NCBI GenBank assembly: GCA_964016885.1
Contig: OZ024741.1
Location: 80,290,001 to 80,354,000, forward strand
DNA from: Eledone cirrhosa
Taxonomy: Eukaryota
Direction of reading: 5' to 3'
Length of the DNA stretch: 64,000 nucleotides
The notes beneath the pieces are model-generated. The model searched no databases. It was not told the origin of the DNA and saw nothing but the letters and a program-made list of their open reading frames with translations. Position 1 is the stretch's first letter. Every line of letters starts with the position of its first letter. The position numbers and the translations under genes are program-made. Positions 1 through 11,120 of the stretch are shown here, one piece after another.

Positions 1-92
1 GCATCCAGCTGTAGAAATCAAGCCAGAATCGGTTCCCGTCCCACCCTTGCAAGCAGGGAAAAGTGGACGTAAAATGATGAAGATGATGATGA

Positions 93-95
<3 letters not shown>
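1..95 (+). mobile_element. 3' end of SINE family A, ending in (GAT)n
   Basis: Nearly identical to 32807-32895 (gcatccagctgtagaaatcaag...gcaagcagg.aaaag.ggacgtaaaatgatga); cut by the window edge. Confidence 0.85.
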
Positions 96-145
<50 letters not shown>

Positions 146-156
146 TATATATAACT

Positions 157-1340
157 TCTTCACCCACTTATTCCTGAGAGGGTCATGGGGCAAAGTCCTT
201 GAACATTCCTTCCTGTCAGAAGCTACCGTCTCCAACAGATCCGGCTGGATCCCCAAGCGAGACCAGCCAAGCCAATGTATGTTATGCAACCATTTTGCTC
301 AGTGTCTACCCTTGGATCTCCTGCTGGCTGGTTTGGGCCATAAAATCTGTCCAGCAATTCTTTCCTAGGACATTCTAACCACATGTCCATAGTATCTGAG
401 CTGTTATCTCTCAATTCGGAGAAGTAGCAACTCTACCAGGAGTGACTATCTGGTCTCTGAGCTTATATTCGCAATTGTATTCTTTCAATCATTACCCAAG
501 ATTCATGACCATAGGTAAGGGTTGGTATGAATACCGAATTGAAGATAGCGAGTTTGGCTTTTCCACCTATCTCCCTTCTGATTATCGAATACTGAAGCTG
601 GCATATTACTGTACCAGTTCCTGCAATTCTTTCACTTAATTCAGCCTCCTACCTTCCATCACTCATGAACACGGCCCCGAAATACTTGAACTTCTCTACC
701 TGTTTCAGTGGAAGTCCATTCACATGTAGAGTGCACTGTGCAGGCTTCCTTGAGAGGACAAGTATCTCAGTTTTTTCAGCACTGATTTTCATTCCAGCCA
801 TGCAGCACTCAGCATCAAACCTGTCAAATGCAAGTCAGAGATCACCTTCTGTCGAGTTAAATAACACCATGTCATCTGCAAATTCCAGCCAATTGATTTT
901 ACACCCACCAGTCATGACACCACTTCCAACTCGGCTGTGCATGTCAATCCTGTTCATGTAAATAATGAACAAGAGAGGTGACAGTATGCACCTATGGCAG
1001 AATTCAACACTTACATTGAATGGTTTCAACTTAACACCATTTATCCAAACACAAATACTTGGGCATTCATATAGAAACATCAGGGTAACAAGTAGCTGAC
1101 CATCAATCCCATACTCCTGGACAACCTTCCACAGCAGGTCCCAAGGAACGCAGTCATATGCCTTTTCAAGGTCGACAAAACAAAAATATATCTCTTGGCG
1201 ATTTCTCAAAGACCTGCCACAGTGTGAATATTTGGTTGGTTGTGCTGCATCTGGGGCAAAAACTGCAATGTTCATCAGCTAGCTTGGACTTGACAATTTC
1301 CTTGCATCTCTCTCTATATATATGTTATTTTGGGTGCAAT
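157..1340 (-). mobile_element. 5'-truncated, frameshifted RTE-clade LINE (RT and 3' end)
   Basis: ORF 835-1275(-) has RT motifs FVDLEKAYDCVP, LSPLLFIIYM and LEFADDMVL. Its 3' end recurs at 23705-23935 and 27090-27270. Confidence 0.85.
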
Positions 1341-2559
1341 TAATGCAGGCATAAACTGCATTCAACACGCAATGCAATGATTCCAAGGTGAAACTGTATC
1401 GACCCAAGGGATGATTACTCATTTGTTTTGTATGTAGAAATGGAAGACAACTACTACTAGTATCAAGAGGGATCACAGAGTATAAATAGAGAAAGAGAGT
1501 TAGAGATATGTCTATTTCGCGACATGTGTTTCGCTAGCGACTATTCTTAATTATATAATCATTATGTAATAGAGAATGGTTTTGAGCCTAGCCACAGGCG
1601 AAACACATTAAACTGATATATTTCTCTCTAGGTATATATATATATATATGAGTGTAAGCACAGGTACATTCAACTACGTATGCGTAGAATACGATAAACA
1701 GGTATTTCAATAATAATAATATTAAAAAATTGCAATTATTTCTTGTAAAAGAAAATTTTAAACAGAATTTTCTGGAAAAAAAAAAATGTTACGAACGAAC
1801 AATTTAATATAAAAATTTTAGACACCCGAAAGTCACTTGAAAGTAAACGTAGGTATGTAAAAAAAGAGAAAAATATAACGTTTTAGTTTTCGAATATTTA
1901 TATATTGATTCACTTTTCATTTTCAAGGAAATCGATATACTAAGTAAAGAACATATTTTAAAAAAATCTATTTCTTTCCTTCACTTATTGACCTATGGAA
2001 TAATAAAGTGATGTTTGTTTTCCATTCATTCATTGCCCAGTCAATATGACTAGATCAATTTTTGTTTTATTTTGTCGTGGATCTATGTCTTTGGTTGCTG
2101 GTATCTTCTTATTTAGCCCCAGTTCAGTTATGCTGATCCAGGAAGTAAATGGACCTCCGTCAATTTAATTTGGTCTGCTCGATTAATTAATGTGTAAATG
2201 GCTGAGTATTCCACACACATGTACCCTTAACGTAATTCTCAAGGAAATTCAGAATGGCACTATATTACATGAATGAACCCTTGAATTACATGTCAGGAAA
2301 ACGGGGGCATTAATCTCCACACCTTTTGATTTTTTAATTTTCGTTTATGTCATAGGAGGGAAATCTAAACATAACTAATCAGAACAGACACATTGTTGTC
2401 AATAAAACTTCAGCAAATTTATTGAAAAAAATATATCATTTATTTTAAAACAGTAACCTTTAAAAAGGGGACTATCACCCACATGTGCAGGGCATTAGGC
2501 CCAAGTCTCAAGACTCAAGTTCATAATGTTTTAGTTCCAATTTAGGCCTTCTGGGTGCA

Positions 2560-3130
2560 GTTATCGCACATCCATTCCTCCTTTCCATCTCCTCTGGAGT
2601 GCAATGGAGACCAACACAGTTCATTGAATATTTGTTCAGGTAAACCCTTTACTTCTGCTTGTAAAAGTTCCTTGTCTAATAAATCAAACCAGGCCCTCAC
2701 AACTTCAGGATCTGTGCACAGCTCCTAGCTGAGTTCAGTTGTTCTGTCTTGCAGTGGGCAATAGATGGGTGATGTCGTAAAAATTCATCCAACCAATCAC
2801 GGCCTGGGTGATTGTTTGGGAAAGGGGTCTCCATACAATGATATGTACAAAAATCTTAAACCAGATGCTTAACCTCAGCCTTGTTGAAACCCCATCCCCA
2901 ATCTGTTAAAAGTTTCAAGCATTCTGCGAGCTCCAACTTTTGATCAGGGGATAAAGTGTATGGCTTCCCACATGTGCATTAATCAGAATTTCTTCTCTGA
3001 CTCTCCTCAGAAGAAACTTCTTACAAACACAAGAGTATTTGGCTGCCTGGTTAGCAGACATCTCCTTCTTCATTACTGAGTTGTCAGCATCAGCCATTTC
3101 CTGACTATTTGCATAGTTTTTCCTGCCACC
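2560..3130 (-). mobile_element. Decayed pogo/Tigger-like transposase remnant (HTH domains up to start of DDE)
   Basis: Minus-strand translation across stops and frameshifts: MSANQAAKY..LLRRVRE (psq-like HTH), then WGWGFNKAEVKHLV*..PFPNNHPGRDWLDEF..EQLSSAR..DPEVVRAWFDLL..LPEQIFN, matching the pogo/CENP-B pattern. Termini not identified. Confidence 0.7.
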
Positions 3131-3150
3131 CTCAGTTTTCTTTTAATAAT

Positions 3151-3335
3151 TGTTTCTACTTTAGGCACAAGGCCAGCAATTACCCAGTGCATTACTGGTA
3201 CTTTATTTTATCGACCCCGTAAGGATGAAAGGCAAAGTCAACCTCGGCGGGATTTGAACTCAGATTGTAAAGGGACGTAACTATGTTGTAAAGCATGGCG
3301 TCCGACCCTCTACCGATACTGCCAATCCACCGCCC
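3151..3335 (-). mobile_element. Full-length SINE family B with target-site duplication
   Basis: tRNA-like A box (tggcagtatcgg) and B box (gagttcaaatc); core gttgactttgcctttcatccttacggggtcgataaaat resembles a Nin/Deu-type SINE core. Flanked by direct repeat cagttttcttttaataat at 3133-3150 and 3336-3353. Confidence 0.9.
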
Positions 3336-4149
3336 CAGTTTTCTTTTAATAATGTTGTACTATCTGATGAGAAAAAATAGAGGGCATTAAGCATCATGCA
3401 TTTTTTATTATTATTTCCACGATAAAAACTAAATAAACCAAGCAAGGAATGTTTCTTTGCTTGTATATAGGTATAAATATCCCGCAATCCAACTTTACCT
3501 GAGTGTTTGTGCATTCTGATAGCTAGAGACAACATTTGTGACAAAAAGAAATCTCTTGGGAGCATTAAGCACCAGACATATTCAAATGACATAAATGTTA
3601 GGCTATAGAAAATTACCACCACCCACTAAAAATATGTCCATTTATATTTATACTATACCTGAAGAAAACAAAAACAGCCACCATGTATATTTTCTGATTA
3701 TTTGCATCACCCAGTTTGGGGTCCTAAACATATCATTACCACAGTAGCCATTTTTTCTTTGTTCTTAATTAGATCTAATTAGACAAACAATACCCATGTC
3801 TTTTTTATCTAAATAATATACCTAAGTACTCAAATAAGGTATAATAACTTACCTTTAACAAACTTCTAACAATTTTTTAAAATCTGAAATGGTGAAAACA
3901 GCAGTTGTGGATATAACTGAACACCAAAAAAAAACAAAGAAGATCTGACACTTTGCAATGAAGAGCTGCAGTTTCAAATTTTAGCAGAAACTGTAACATT
4001 TCAATTTATTGGTCTTCACTTCCATTATCCTACAGCAATGTCTATAACAATAGCTGTAAAAGCCAAAAATAGGTGTAAAATTACACACACATGTACACCA
4101 GGACACAGAGGAACCAAATTCCCACTGTCATCGCCTCCGTCTCTCCTAC

Positions 4150-4700
4150 CCTCCTCATCTCTCACTATTATGAGCATATGGGGTCCCACACGCTGGCCAC
4201 CCCATGGCCGACAGAATAGAGAAAGTGTTTCCCCGGAGGATGGTGAGGGAGATGCACTGGAAGAGCCATTCCAGCACACGATGCTCAATCTTGCGGCTAG
4301 CCAGCTCCGCGCTGATGGTGGTGAGTAGGGAGGTGGCCCTTGAGCCAAGGACACCAGAAGACTCCACTACTATGGGTCGACTGCAAACCTGTTGGAGAGC
4401 AACCGGCATTTGGAGAGTTTACCCTCCTCAGCCCAAAGTACAGCAGAGCCTGGGTTAATCACAGACTGCACCAGGTTGCCGCTGGAGAATGTGACAAGGG
4501 GTTTACCACCACAGAACGAGAAGATGGTCATGCCATCTGGCCTTTTGCCAACCCCTCGGTCCAGCTCCACCAGCTTGAGTTGAGAGGGAAAGCTTGCAGC
4601 ATCCAAGCCATGCTTTATTACCTCGTTGAGAGCAGCATGGCATGGAAGGCAGCCGGCACTGTAGCGACACAATCTGATTGTTTCTTGGCATTATATTTTT
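4150..4700 (-). mobile_element. CRE-clade non-LTR retrotransposon remnant (restriction-like endonuclease C-terminus)
   Basis: ORFs 4370-4672(-) and 4155-4409(-): CHAALNEVIKHGL..PSQLKLVELDRGVGKRPDGMT..AEEGKLSK..PIVVESSGVLG..LFQCISLTILRGN, matching the RH..LN / RPDG / E..K..KY / E..G / QR.S...RGN pattern. Confidence 0.75.
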
Positions 4701-4799
4701 ACTTGGCTGATGTGCAAAGTATAAATATAATGCATTTGTAGTGTGGTGGAGCTTAATGAAGCCTGGAGTTTAATACCCTCGTTTGTCCAAGTCCATCTA

Positions 4800-4930
4800 A
4801 CAGCTTTCAATACGGTTTCCCTCAACCCAATTTTACTCACAAGGCTTGCCTGGGTCAATCAAAGTGGGATTGAACCTGGAACCTCACAATTGTGAAGAAA
4901 ACTTCTTAACCATTCGGCAATGCATGTGTC
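4800..4930 (-). mobile_element. Degenerate SINE family C copy
   Basis: Reverse complement resembles 28585-28740, 35685-35800, 46320-46470 and 58210-58360 (tRNA-like head, ttgtgagt.aa.ttgg segment). Confidence 0.5.
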
Positions 4931-7044
4931 TAGCTGATTCAGAACATTGATGATGACTTTCTTGACAATCGTTAGGGCGTCGAACAAAACATACCTTGTG
5001 TTCAAATCCTCCCGATGTCAAACTTCGCCTTTCATCCTTCTAGTGTCGGTAAAAATAAAGTGCCAGGTAAGAACTGGGTCAATTTATTTCTACCACTATG
5101 CCTAAAGAAAAATTTATATTTGACCGATAAGATTTGTATCTGTTCGAATAAACCTTTCTCTCTACATATGAGTTTAAGAATGTGACAAAACAAAAAACAT
5201 GATATTGACTGTTTTAGATAATTTTGAAAGTAATCTTATAGAAAACTTCAGGTTTAATATACAATAACACAAAGTCAGGGATTTGTAGCTTATATACAAT
5301 TAGGACGTTTGAATTAAAACTAGTGTTTTATATTATTTTTTTTTGTTTGTTTAAAGAGAGGGGGCGATCAGATGTAGAAAGAGAAGAGGTAAGCAATCAA
5401 AGGGAGGTAATAAATTTGGTTATTGTCTTCTATCCCTCCAGCATCTTGTTGAGTAGAGGGGAAGAGAGAAAGAATTAATCACTTGAAAAAAGACAGAGAT
5501 AAAGAGGGAGAGAGAGAGAAAACTGGAATTATAGAAAGGAAGAAAGAACGATATAAAGAGACATAAAGCGCGACAGAAAGGTAACATACAAGAAACTAAG
5601 TCTTCAACACGACACAAACTTATTCATATTTGTAAACAAAATATAAGACACTTTCACACACCAATTAGACAATCACAGTAAAAGAGTATCGTTTTAAAGG
5701 TTGCTTCACTAGATCAAATCTAGGTTAAAGCATGTTATAAATATTTGTGCAGGACCGACCACCTAGAAAATTGTTTAGTAGCTGGTCAGTCTTGATGAAA
5801 AGCGTCGCTGGCTTTGTCACCGCGTCCAAAGTTGGAGGAAAACCTTAAGGGTAGTTTTACTCCTAATCATCTCTCATCTTGTTTATCCATCCTTATAACG
5901 CCTCAATTTCGTACACTGGCTCACTCAAAATACTACACTCGTTTATACCAGCACACAAAAGTATTTATACTAATAAGCTATATGTGGTTCACTCTAATCA
6001 CGTACGTTACATACCGAAAATAAAATAGATAATAAGAATAGTAATAATGGCAATTAATATATATATATATATATATGAATACGTCATCTTTAATTCTATC
6101 TTTTTAAATCTTTATTTTTTTCTGTGGTCTACTTACGCAGAATCTTTTCGCGCCCACCCCGCCTTGCTATTCCCTTCTCGTCTCTTTGCCTCGGATAGCC
6201 ATGCTGACATACCGTATGTTGATTATCATTAATGTAACCAACAACAATTAATTTGATAACACTGTTGACATCAAAACAGGAAAGTTTTTATACTATTTGT
6301 GTATACAGCGTACGTATATAGAAATACCCTAATTAATTGTATTAATTAATTGAATAGGAGAGGAGGGAGGAAAACAAAACGAAACAAAAACCACTACATA
6401 GAAACACGAACAAAAGATTAATATAATAACCATAATATAATAGACAGTTTGATAACAGAATGAAGCATCGTACGAATTGTAATGAAAACAATAAACTACA
6501 ACCACTACTAATTGTAACAATTAGAGTAACAGCGACTCGACGTAACCTTTTAGAGATAGCAGCCAAATTTCCCTGAAATTACACCCTACTGTTTCTTTAA
6601 CAAGGAAGAACAAGATAATCTAATTCTGGGTACATATTGCATGAAAAAAAAAAAGACGGAATGGAACGCCTTAAAAATCGTTTTCGTCTCATTCCATGCT
6701 ATCTTGACACCAACAGTAATAAATATTTACTTATAAAGATATATTCCTCCCTTATGCACAAATACTTCTTTATAATTGTCTGTAGAACGGTTGTTGTTTA
6801 TCAAACAACAAAACATGAATATGTATTATATGTATAAATAAGCATCCCTTCCCTCTTTCTAATAAGTAATTAGTGTTATATTTGTACTTTCGTAACCTTC
6901 CTCTAACTTTAGATCGATAATTCATTTTATGCTCGAGTCTTGCTTATCTCTCCTCGTGTATGACCTTGTGCATGTGTCCCTAATTTTCTAGTATACATCT
7001 TAAAAAAGGAAAACCCATCATAACTAATCATACACTAAAAACAA

Positions 7045-7086
7045 ACAAATCTACCGTGTATATATATATATACACGGTAGATTTGT
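7045..7086. repeat. Perfect 42-bp palindrome centred on (TA)7
   Basis: acaaatctaccgtg-(ta)7-cacggtagatttgt. Confidence 0.95.
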
Positions 7087-8212
7087 GTATATATATATAT
7101 ATATATATTTGTGTGCATGTATAATGTTTCTATATAAAATACAGCGTTGATTAAGACATATATAAGATATTTCTTATTCCAATTCGCCACACATCTTCAA
7201 ACTTGCTTATTTAGATCGCTCGTTTAAAAATCATGTTATCGAATGATTGCTTCTTTTCATATCTTTTAATTTTTATTTCTATAGAATATTTTCCATAAAT
7301 TCAAAACAAACATATATATTAGAACTTAGCTCTACGGCAAAATTTCCCGTAGAGCTTTTAAATTCTAATAAATGTATATATTCTATAGACTAACTTTAAT
7401 GTGTATCGAGTATTCATTTAAACTTGGATCTTATTTGTTTTCTTTTTTTAACGAACATCCAAAATATAATATATATATCTAAGCAAAATGAATTTAACTA
7501 TCAGCCATTCTTCCCCTCCATTAAAAAAAAACACTTTTAGTTTATATATATTTATTAAAATATGTGAAATCTCTAATGAATTTTCGCCAGTATTTTATTT
7601 GTAATAAATATGAAATGTTAATATTTTTATTTAATCTTTCCGTTCCACATTTTTAAAATGTTCATATCATGGGTTTTTTTCTTTAGTGGCATTATTATTA
7701 GATAAAAACACTGTCGAATCCCACACAAAAATGTTTCCAATCAGTTTTAAACTCCACTTATCATCTCCCTTTTAATGGCAACCCCTTTGTTTATTTGTTA
7801 TCTAATTAAAATGGTTTAAACTCCCCCTATCCCTCAGGTTGGAAGCAAATTTACGATCCGGTTTCAATTCCCGATTGAAAAGACCATATGTCCATTTTCT
7901 TTTTACTAATGTTCCGCCTCACCAAGCAGTGCTCCTTTGAAAAATGCATGAACACCATTTAATCCTAACTTTTCTGTGTGTAAATACAATTCTCGGCCTT
8001 TGACTGAAGAAATTATGATTATTATCAGTCAATCGTTGTCATCTACATACTCGTGATGTCGACATCATCAGATGCACATTCACTGCCAATGCAGGCGCCT
8101 TCTGTTTAGAAATTAAACAAGAAAAATATATCAATGTATAATTATAATACACACAGCTGTTTACGGTATACATACACACGCACACATAATATATATATTA
8201 TACATATATGAG

Positions 8213-8367
8213 TCCCGGGTTCAATCGGAGGTAACCACAGCTAGTAAGGTACTCAATACATTAGTAGAGTGTAAACATCATGTTTAATATAGAAGTGGCT
8301 TCTACAGGACTAAAACTGTTTAATTCAAAAGGAATCCTCCTGACGATTTCTTTTGAATGAAACAGTT
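8213..8367 (-). mobile_element. Penelope-like pseudo-LTR fragment (HHR family 1) with inverted partial hammerhead arms
   Basis: Homologous to 20827-20990 (tcccgggttcaatcgg.ggtaaccacag..aaggtactcaatac). Contains CTGACGA-tttc-tttt-gaat-GAAA-cagtt (8340-8367), truncated before the cleavage site, plus an inverted arm at 8298-8339. Confidence 0.65.
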
Positions 8368-8707
8368 AAACCAATAATATTAATATTTGTACATATAGAA
8401 CAAAAACATTTGTATATACATACTAGTGAAGGGGAAGGGTGACGATAAAGGAACACAAACAAACATGTTATATCGTAAGAACAACAATAATAATATTCCA
8501 AAGCAGGATAGTGAAATGCGTTCTGAGTTTTAATCCGACCACAATCGACTTTTCCTTTTATCTTTTACGCGTCGATATAATTTAACGAACACCTTTTTTT
8601 TTTTTCAAAATATAGGCACTCTGTTAAAAATCAAATCAATATAATATATATGTAATCGGCTTGTTTCTCTCTTCCCTATAGGTATATATCATACACCTCC
8701 AAACAAG

Positions 8708-11120
8708 ATGGATCATGATGACGAGAGTGGTAAACCTTTATCATCCGAAGATAACTACTCAAAACTGGCCATTAACAATACCAATGACACTGTTATTACA
8801 ACAACAACAACAATAATAAATGACGACGATGACAACAACAATAACAGTGGTCCCGCGGTGGGTGTAACAGTAGCATTAAGTGATCATGATGATGATGGCG
8901 AACCAGTGACACAGAAAAGACTACGAAGCGAACCTGTTATTTCCACAGACACTACTACTACTACTACTACTACATATTGTCATGATAATAACATGTCAAC
9001 AACGACAGCAGCTTCTACGGAAGTCGGCGAAACTGGAGCGACGATTCAAAGTGATGATGACAGCATTAAAAATAATAATAATCATTTAAGTAGTTCGAAC
9101 TCTACTGGAAGTATTATCAATAACTTTCATAACCACCAAAAGCAAGGTCGCAGGAACAGTGTAAGTAGTATGGAATACGACGACAATAATGATTCTAAGA
9201 ATGGTGATAACATCAAGAGTGTGTCCACCGGTGTAACCTCTCCTAATGAGACAATAACAATGACTAGAAATGAAAGCAATGATGGTGGTGAGGGTGATGG
9301 CAGCAATGCCAATAGTGAAAATATCTCTTCCCGTGTGTCGGTCGCTGTAACGACATTACAACAACCACCAACACTACCAGGTGCAACTGCCGTCACAACC
9401 GCCACCACTAAAAACATAACTGACGACGACGCCGACACCGCTATTGACGCCTCCTCCTTTTCCCCTTCCTCAACCTGCTCCTCCTCTACTCCTATTGTCG
9501 CTGCTTCCACCAACGCCAGCATAATTCAAGCTGTCACTTCCTCCGCCTCTTCTACAGTCGCCGTTGCTGCTGGCTCTTCCACTCCCACCTCTTTCACCAA
9601 TGGCTCATCCTTTTCCTCTTCCTCCTCCGCTCTCGTCGACGACATCAACAACAACGCTGTCGTACACTCTTTCCCTCCTCCTTTTACTCATTCTGCTCAC
9701 GACGACATCGCCGTCTCCTCTAACTCCTCCCCTAACATTACTGCGGACACTGCCTCTTCCCTTTCCTCACACTCTGCTGGTGTCGTCCCCACCGCCATCA
9801 GCGCTATCAGTGTCGACACCACTGCCTCCTCCTCTTCCCTCTCCTCTGCTGACGGCGGAGCCACCACATCCACCATAAGCTGCGATGCCACTCCTACCAC
9901 CACTAGCATCATCTCCTCCTCTACCTTCTCCTCCGTTGCTGCTGCTGCTGTTTCCGCTGACGGATCGGCGATAGTAAACTCGGCGGGATTAACTAGTAGT
10001 GCAAAGGACAATACCGCCTCGAACGGTGGTGGTAGTTGTAGTCACCTTAACAACAACAACAACAACAACAACAACTCTACTACGAGTAGTAGTATTACTG
10101 CTACTACTATTGGCAGCAGCAGTGCCTCTTTTTCCCACTCTACTTCTCTTTCGTCTTGTTCTTCTATGGCGGACGGCGATGGTGGAGTCGAAGGAGGAGG
10201 TGCCAACTTGGCAACGGGTGCCGCTGTCGCCTCATCATCATCATCATCACCCTCTGCCAACAGTACAGATATGCAACTGCAGCAACAACATCAAACCGGG
10301 TCTAATAAGGCGGCGGAGGAACAACAACATAAGGCAGAGGCAGCGGTGACGACCACATCCGAATCCTCATCGTCGTCCTCTACTATCATCATCGCGGCAG
10401 GTGGTGGTGGGGGTAGCGGTTCTTCTGTGCTGGCGGCCGACACCACGACTACGGCAAGCGTCGTCGTCGCGGGAGGAGGAGCAAGAAAGAGCAAAGCAAT
10501 TTCTGCTGACCGAACAGCAACGGGCTCGTCGTTGCCATCGCCGGCGTCGACACCACCGGCACCGCCACCACAACAACCACCACCACAACCACAACAACCA
10601 CCACCACAACCACAACAACCATCACCAGACCGACCATTATCAGCATTGACGACGTCATCGTTGTTGTCAGCGTCCACAAGCGCATCTCTCTTGTCGGCGG
10701 CGGTATCATCATCATCATCATCATCATCATCATTGCCGTCGTCGACGTTGACAATGACACTTGCGGCCAAATCAACAGATGAAGGTGCAGGATCAAGTAC
10801 CAATAAGCACCTCTCCCATCATGAACGGCAGCAGGATCAAAAGTCTACTACGACGACCACAACCACCACCACAACCACTACCACCGCCACAATCACCGCG
10901 CCCAGCTCCACCACCACCTCCACTACATCTACTACAACTACTATTACTACTAGTAGAGCTATAACCACTAATATTAACAATAACCAGAGCCTAGCTCAAC
11001 AACAAGCTGGCATGGCATGTACCATGTGTGGGTCAGGTTTCAAAGAACACGCTCCCAAACTTTTACCTTGTCTACATCAACTTTGTGATACGTGCTTGAA
11101 GAATGTCAAGTCGGACTCTG
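8708..11120 (+). CDS. TRIM33: TIF1-family TRIM protein (TRIM33/bonus-like), coding exon: low-complexity N-terminus and first three Zn-ligand pairs of the RING
   Basis: Long ORF ending CTMC..HAPKLLPCLHQLCDTC (PKLLPCLH is typical of TIF1 RINGs); donor G|GTGAGT at 11121, phase 1. An acceptor-like ttgtttctctcttccctatag at 8661-8681 suggests an upstream exon. The symbol marks the family; invertebrates have a single TIF1 gene. Confidence 0.85.

Noticed and set aside
9127-10964. Overlapping and antisense ORFs inside the large exon (also 37564-37798 and 49659-49940)
   Set aside because: By-products of triplet repeats lacking stop codons; no domains, and not supported by splice phases.
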